Assembly (NCBI GenBank): GCA_963674755.2
Contig: CAXXVS010000002.1
Coordinates: 1,312,001-1,376,000 of the forward strand
Length of the DNA: 64,000 nt
From: Desulfobacterales bacterium
Lineage (GTDB): Bacteria; Desulfobacterota; Desulfobacteria; Desulfobacterales; UBA5852
Direction of reading: 5' to 3'
In this document: positions 60,287-64,000 of the stretch, in pieces
Layout: the number at the start of each line of letters is the position of its first letter
How positions within the stretch are numbered: the stretch's first letter is position 1
Translations under genes and position numbers: made by a program
Notes under the pieces: generated by a model
What the model saw: the letters and a program-made list of their open reading frames with translations, nothing else
Told to the model about the DNA's origin: nothing
The model's database searches: none

Positions 60287-62797
60287 TCAGCGGGGTCGTA
60301 CACGGGCGGTCGGGGTAGCCTTCAGGGGATCGTCGGGCCAATAATGCTTGGGATAGCGCCCCTTCAAGTCTTTCTTGACTTCCGGGTAGCTGTTTTGCCA
60401 GAAGCCGGCCAGATCCTGGGTGATCTGGGCCGGGCGTCCCGCAGGCGACAACAGGTGGATGACGAGGGGCTGGCGTCCCCCGGCTATGGCCGGAGTCTCC
60501 CGGGTACCGAACATCTCTTGCAGGCGAACCGCCAGCACCGGTGCTTCTCCGCTGTAGTCGATGGGGCGCCGGGATCCGCTGGGAACATCCAGGTGGGTTG
60601 GGGCCAGTTGATCCAGGCGCTGCTGTTGGGACCATGTCAGGTGATTTTTCAGGGCGATCGCCAACCCCGCCGGTTTGAGATCCCGGAGACGTGAAATCCC
60701 TGCCAGAAAAGGCCCCAGCCAGGCCGAAAGGGTTTCGCTCAGCCGGGTATCGGAGACGTCCGGCCAGTCGTCCCGCGCATCCATCACCCTACGGAGGAAC
60801 ATCACTCGCGCCTGCCAACTTCGCAGTGCTTTGTTCCAGGGGAGGCAATCCAGACCCGTCTGACGGATGCCGTTCAAAAAAGCGTCTTCCCGGTCTTCCG
60901 GCGCCACTTCGGCCAGCGGTTCGGTTTTGAGGGCCAGGACACCTATCTTCAAGGACCGCTCTGCCGTCACGGCCTGACGCGCGGCATCCCATTCCACCCG
61001 CTTTTCCCAGTAAAGCTGATGGCCCAGCCGATGATAAAGCTCTTCGATAGGAATGGCGGCGGCAAGGAAAATACGTGCTTCACGCTTCTCACCGTCCAGA
61101 GTTGCCGCCACCAGATAGTCGGACGCCGCCAAGGGCTGCCCGGGATTCATAAAAGCGCCCCGCCCCCCGGACAGGCGAAAACGGCCGGAAGACCCCGGTC
61201 GACGCTGGGCGACGCGATCGGGATAAGCCCAAACAAGGTGATGGCCCGCTTTGTTTTCCTCCCATTGTTGACGCCCCTCACCAACGCGGCGGCCAAGGTC
61301 GTCGGCCACCTGCACGACCCTGCGGCAGGCGCGTCGATCCACATGGCCGAGCGGGATTTGAGGGAACTCCCCCCGGCGGAACCGGCGCAGGGCCGCGAGC
61401 CGCAAATCGAGGTCCACATCGTACCCGCCGGCCTCGAAGCGCAGGATGTCCTTTTCACCCAGCAAGGCCGCCAGTTCGCATGCCTGTACGCCTTCCCCGT
61501 TAGCGTGTGCCATGAGGATCATGTGAGACAAACGCGGGTGCAGGGGCAGCTCGGCCATCCGTCGTCCGTGCGCCGTAATCCGGCCGTCCCTCTCCAGGGC
61601 GCCTAAAAGCGCCAGAAGCGTCTTGGCCTGGGCCAGGGCGGCCGGCGGCGGCGGGTCGATCCAGCGCAGGGCGTCTGCCGTTCGGAGGCCCCACAGGGCC
61701 AGTTCCAGCGCCAGGGGCGCCAAATCGGCTTCCATGATGGCAGGTCGGGCATGGGGTACCAGACCGGCATGCTGCCCACGGGACCATAACCGATAGCAAA
61801 ATCCCGGGGCGGTGCGACCGGCCCGCCCGCGGCGCTGGTCGGCCGCGGCCCGGGTCACGGGCAGCGTCACTAAACGGGTCAGGCCGCTGCCGACATCGAA
61901 ACGGGGAACCCGGCTCAGGCCGCTGTCCACCACGACGCGGATTCCTTCGATGGTCAAACTGGTCTCGGCAATGGAAGTGGCCAGCACGATCTTGCGACGG
62001 CCGGCCGGCGCCGGTCGAATGGCGCGCTTCTGTACCTCAAACGGCAGATTGCCGTATAGGGGGGCAACCTCCCAGCGCGGATCGAGGTGCATCGCATCCA
62101 GGCGTTCGGCCGTCTGACGGATCTCCGGCGCACCGGGCAGAAAAACGAGCACGCTGCCGCGATCTTCCGATATGGCGTGCATAACCGAAGCCGCAACCGC
62201 TGCTGCCAGCGGCTCCTGGGCTTTGCAGTCGCGGTAGTGGGTTTCCACCGGGAAGGACTGACCCGGGCAGGTCAGGATCGGCGCCTGGCCCAACAGCCCC
62301 GCCACCGGAGTGGTTTCGATGGTAGCGGACATGACGAGCAGCCGCAGGGTTTCATTATACCCCTCCTGGATGTCACGGCACAGTGCCAGGCCCAGATCCG
62401 CTGCGAGGCTGCGTTCGTGAAACTCGTCGAAAACGACGAGCCCCGCTCCGGATAACCCGGGATCCGTCTGCAGCATGCGGATGAGCACCCCCTCGGTGAC
62501 CACCTCGATGCGTGTTTCCGACCCCACGCGACTTTCCATACGAATCCGATAACCCACCGTTTGGCCCACCGGCTCGCCCAATAGCTCCGCCATGCGAAAC
62601 GCCGCCGCCCGGGCGGCCAGACGCCGGGGCTCAAGCATGATGATGCGTTTGGCTTGCAACCAGGGTTCATCCAGAAGCGCCAACGGGGCACCGGTGGTCT
62701 TGCCGGCGCCGGGCGGGGCTTGCAAAACCACCCCGCGATGCTGCCGGAGGGATTCACGAAGACGATCGAAAATGGCGGTAATCGGCAAGGACGGCAT
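60287..62797 (-). CDS. hrpB: ATP-dependent RNA helicase HrpB
   Basis: APPGAGKTT, EPRRLAAR, DEFHER, MSAT, ATSIAETSLTI, QRRGRAGR, LLSPAGRP...GRYPKHYWP. Confidence 0.97.
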   Translation of the reverse strand: MPSLPITAIFDRLRESLRQHRGVVLQAPPGAGKTTGAPLALLDEPWLQAKRIIMLEPRRLAARAAAFRMAELLGEPVGQTVGYRIRMESRVGSETRIEVVTEGVLIRMLQTDPGLSGAGLVVFDEFHERSLAADLGLALCRDIQEGYNETLRLLVMSATIETTPVAGLLGQAPILTCPGQSFPVETHYRDCKAQEPLAAAVAASVMHAISEDRGSVLVFLPGAPEIRQTAERLDAMHLDPRWEVAPLYGNLPFEVQKRAIRPAPAGRRKIVLATSIAETSLTIEGIRVVVDSGLSRVPRFDVGSGLTRLVTLPVTRAAADQRRGRAGRTAPGFCYRLWSRGQHAGLVPHARPAIMEADLAPLALELALWGLRTADALRWIDPPPPAALAQAKTLLALLGALERDGRITAHGRRMAELPLHPRLSHMILMAHANGEGVQACELAALLGEKDILRFEAGGYDVDLDLRLAALRRFRRGEFPQIPLGHVDRRACRRVVQVADDLGRRVGEGRQQWEENKAGHHLVWAYPDRVAQRRPGSSGRFRLSGGRGAFMNPGQPLAASDYLVAATLDGEKREARIFLAAAIPIEELYHRLGHQLYWEKRVEWDAARQAVTAERSLKIGVLALKTEPLAEVAPEDREDAFLNGIRQTGLDCLPWNKALRSWQARVMFLRRVMDARDDWPDVSDTRLSETLSAWLGPFLAGISRLRDLKPAGLAIALKNHLTWSQQQRLDQLAPTHLDVPSGSRRPIDYSGEAPVLAVRLQEMFGTRETPAIAGGRQPLVIHLLSPAGRPAQITQDLAGFWQNSYPEVKKDLKGRYPKHYWPDDPLKATPTARVRPR

Positions 62798-62889
62798 GGC
62801 AACCTATCGATCCGCAAGGCGATAATTGCGGGAGAAAATGTTTTTCGGCAACGCTTGTAAGGCCTGTTGCGCTGACCGCCAAATCGCCT

Positions 62890-63510
62890 TTAGGGATTGA
62901 GTTTTTCGAGTTCCAGCGCACACCATTCCAGATCCGGCCGCACATTGATGTCGGACACCTGGACGGCACGCAGGATGCCGGCTTTGTCGATCACGAACAG
63001 GGCGCGTTCGGCAACGCCGTCGGAGCGGAGGACCCCGTAGCGGTCGGCCACCTTGCCATGGGGCCAGAAATCGGAAAGCACGGGGAACCAGAGGTCGCCC
63101 ATCTGTTGGGTCCAGGCGTAAAGGGTGGGGATATTGTCCACGGTAATTCCCAGCAAAATAGCATCGTTTTCCTCAAAAAGGTTCTGAACGATGTTGTAGC
63201 CGGGCCATTGATCGGAGCAAACCGGTGTCCAGGCGGCGGGTACAAAGGAAATCACCACATTTTTCCGGCCACGGAACTGACTCAGGGTGATCGGTTCGCC
63301 GGATACCGACGGCAGCGTAAAATCCGGGAGCGGCTCTCCCACCCGGACTTTGAGCGTACTATCGATCGGTTTCAGATGGCCGGGGTTGTATATGTTGTCC
63401 TTAAAGGCCGCGGGAAATCCCCCCGCAGATGCACCCCAGATGAGACCGAACAGAATGCCGACAAGTATAATGCCACCCCAAGTACGCATGAGGACCGCCT
63501 TTCTTTCCAT
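62890..63510 (-). CDS. peroxiredoxin (AhpC/TSA, AhpE-like) with N-terminal signal/TM
   Basis: PAAWTPVC peroxidatic motif, LSDFWPHG, ERALFVIDK; hydrophobic N-terminus. Confidence 0.88.
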   Translation of the reverse strand: MERKAVLMRTWGGIILVGILFGLIWGASAGGFPAAFKDNIYNPGHLKPIDSTLKVRVGEPLPDFTLPSVSGEPITLSQFRGRKNVVISFVPAAWTPVCSDQWPGYNIVQNLFEENDAILLGITVDNIPTLYAWTQQMGDLWFPVLSDFWPHGKVADRYGVLRSDGVAERALFVIDKAGILRAVQVSDINVRPDLEWCALELEKLNP

Positions 63511-63733
63511 TGCACCGAGCTGTTTTTGTCTTGTTGTTTTAACGATTTACACTACGACTCCGCATTAGATGATGGCTTTCTCCGTAGACCATGCCACGAA
63601 CGATTGCAATCTATAACCGGCCTGGCTTCGGCGAGCTGCTCCCATCCGCGCAGCCTCGTCCCATTTGCCCGCCGTCATTTTATCTGCTACAAAACACCGA
63701 CATTCACCCCATGCCATAGGAAAACCATCGCGA

Positions 63734-64000
63734 ATGGATCCCGAATACCACATCCTGACCATGCTCGTGGAAAACGAACCCGGGGTGACGGCCCGGGTTT
63801 CGGGGCTGTTTGCCAGCCGCAACTACAATATCGAAACGATTTGCGGCGCCCCCACCGCCAATCCCAGCATGTCCCGCATCACCATCACCACCCGCACCAA
63901 CCCGGAGCAGCTGGAGCAGATCATGAAGCAGCTGCGGCGCCTGGTGAACGTGATCAAGGTGCGCGACATGACCGGGGAGCAAGCCGTCCGGCGGGAGATG
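63734..64000 (+). CDS. ilvN: acetolactate synthase small regulatory subunit (3' truncated by window)
   Basis: Translated by hand: MDPEYHILTMLVENEPGVTARVSGLFASRNYNIETI...SRITI...LEQIMKQLRRLVNVIKVRD (ACT domain). Confidence 0.93.
   Translation, partial: MDPEYHILTMLVENEPGVTARVSGLFASRNYNIETICGAPTANPSMSRITITTRTNPEQLEQIMKQLRRLVNVIKVRDMTGEQAVRREM

Noticed and set aside
63511..63733. Attenuator leader peptide for ilvN (likewise upstream of leuB and trpB2)
   Set aside because: No short ORF with a run of regulatory codons or terminator/antiterminator pair was found

Overview
This is a GC-rich, gene-dense stretch of ordinary bacterial chromosome with genes on both strands. Gene content (AcsE-like methyltransferase, rubrerythrin-like protein, TrpB2, HisKA-only PAS protein, zinc-ribbon PilZ, many small Cys-rich hypotheticals) suggests an anaerobic Desulfobacterota (Desulfobacterales-like) organism; this is inference. 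It carries about 67 CDS. These cover central metabolism (gpmI partial, pgk, phosphohexomutase, GT4, gpsA, thiolase, trpB2, leuB, ilvN partial), DNA/RNA maintenance (gyrA, radC, rarA, der, hrpB, cvfB, U32/TrhP-like, two YebG paralogues), signalling (hybrid kinase, diguanylate cyclase, PilZ, MerR), envelope and transport genes, and many unknowns. I saw no rRNA, tRNA, CRISPR array, transposase, integrase, prophage or defence island, and no single clearly novel multi-gene system. The best leads are: a stand-alone protein resembling the N2 domain of GspE/PilB ATPases; a SRPBCC-MerR pair behind a 19-bp-spacer promoter; a U32 hydroxylase next to an AcsE-like folate methyltransferase; a Cys-cluster/GGCT/DDAH gene run; a rubrerythrin lacking several diiron ligands; a PduO-flavin reductase couple; and two or three ERIC-like long intergenic palindromes. 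All family assignments come from motif recognition by eye, not database searches.
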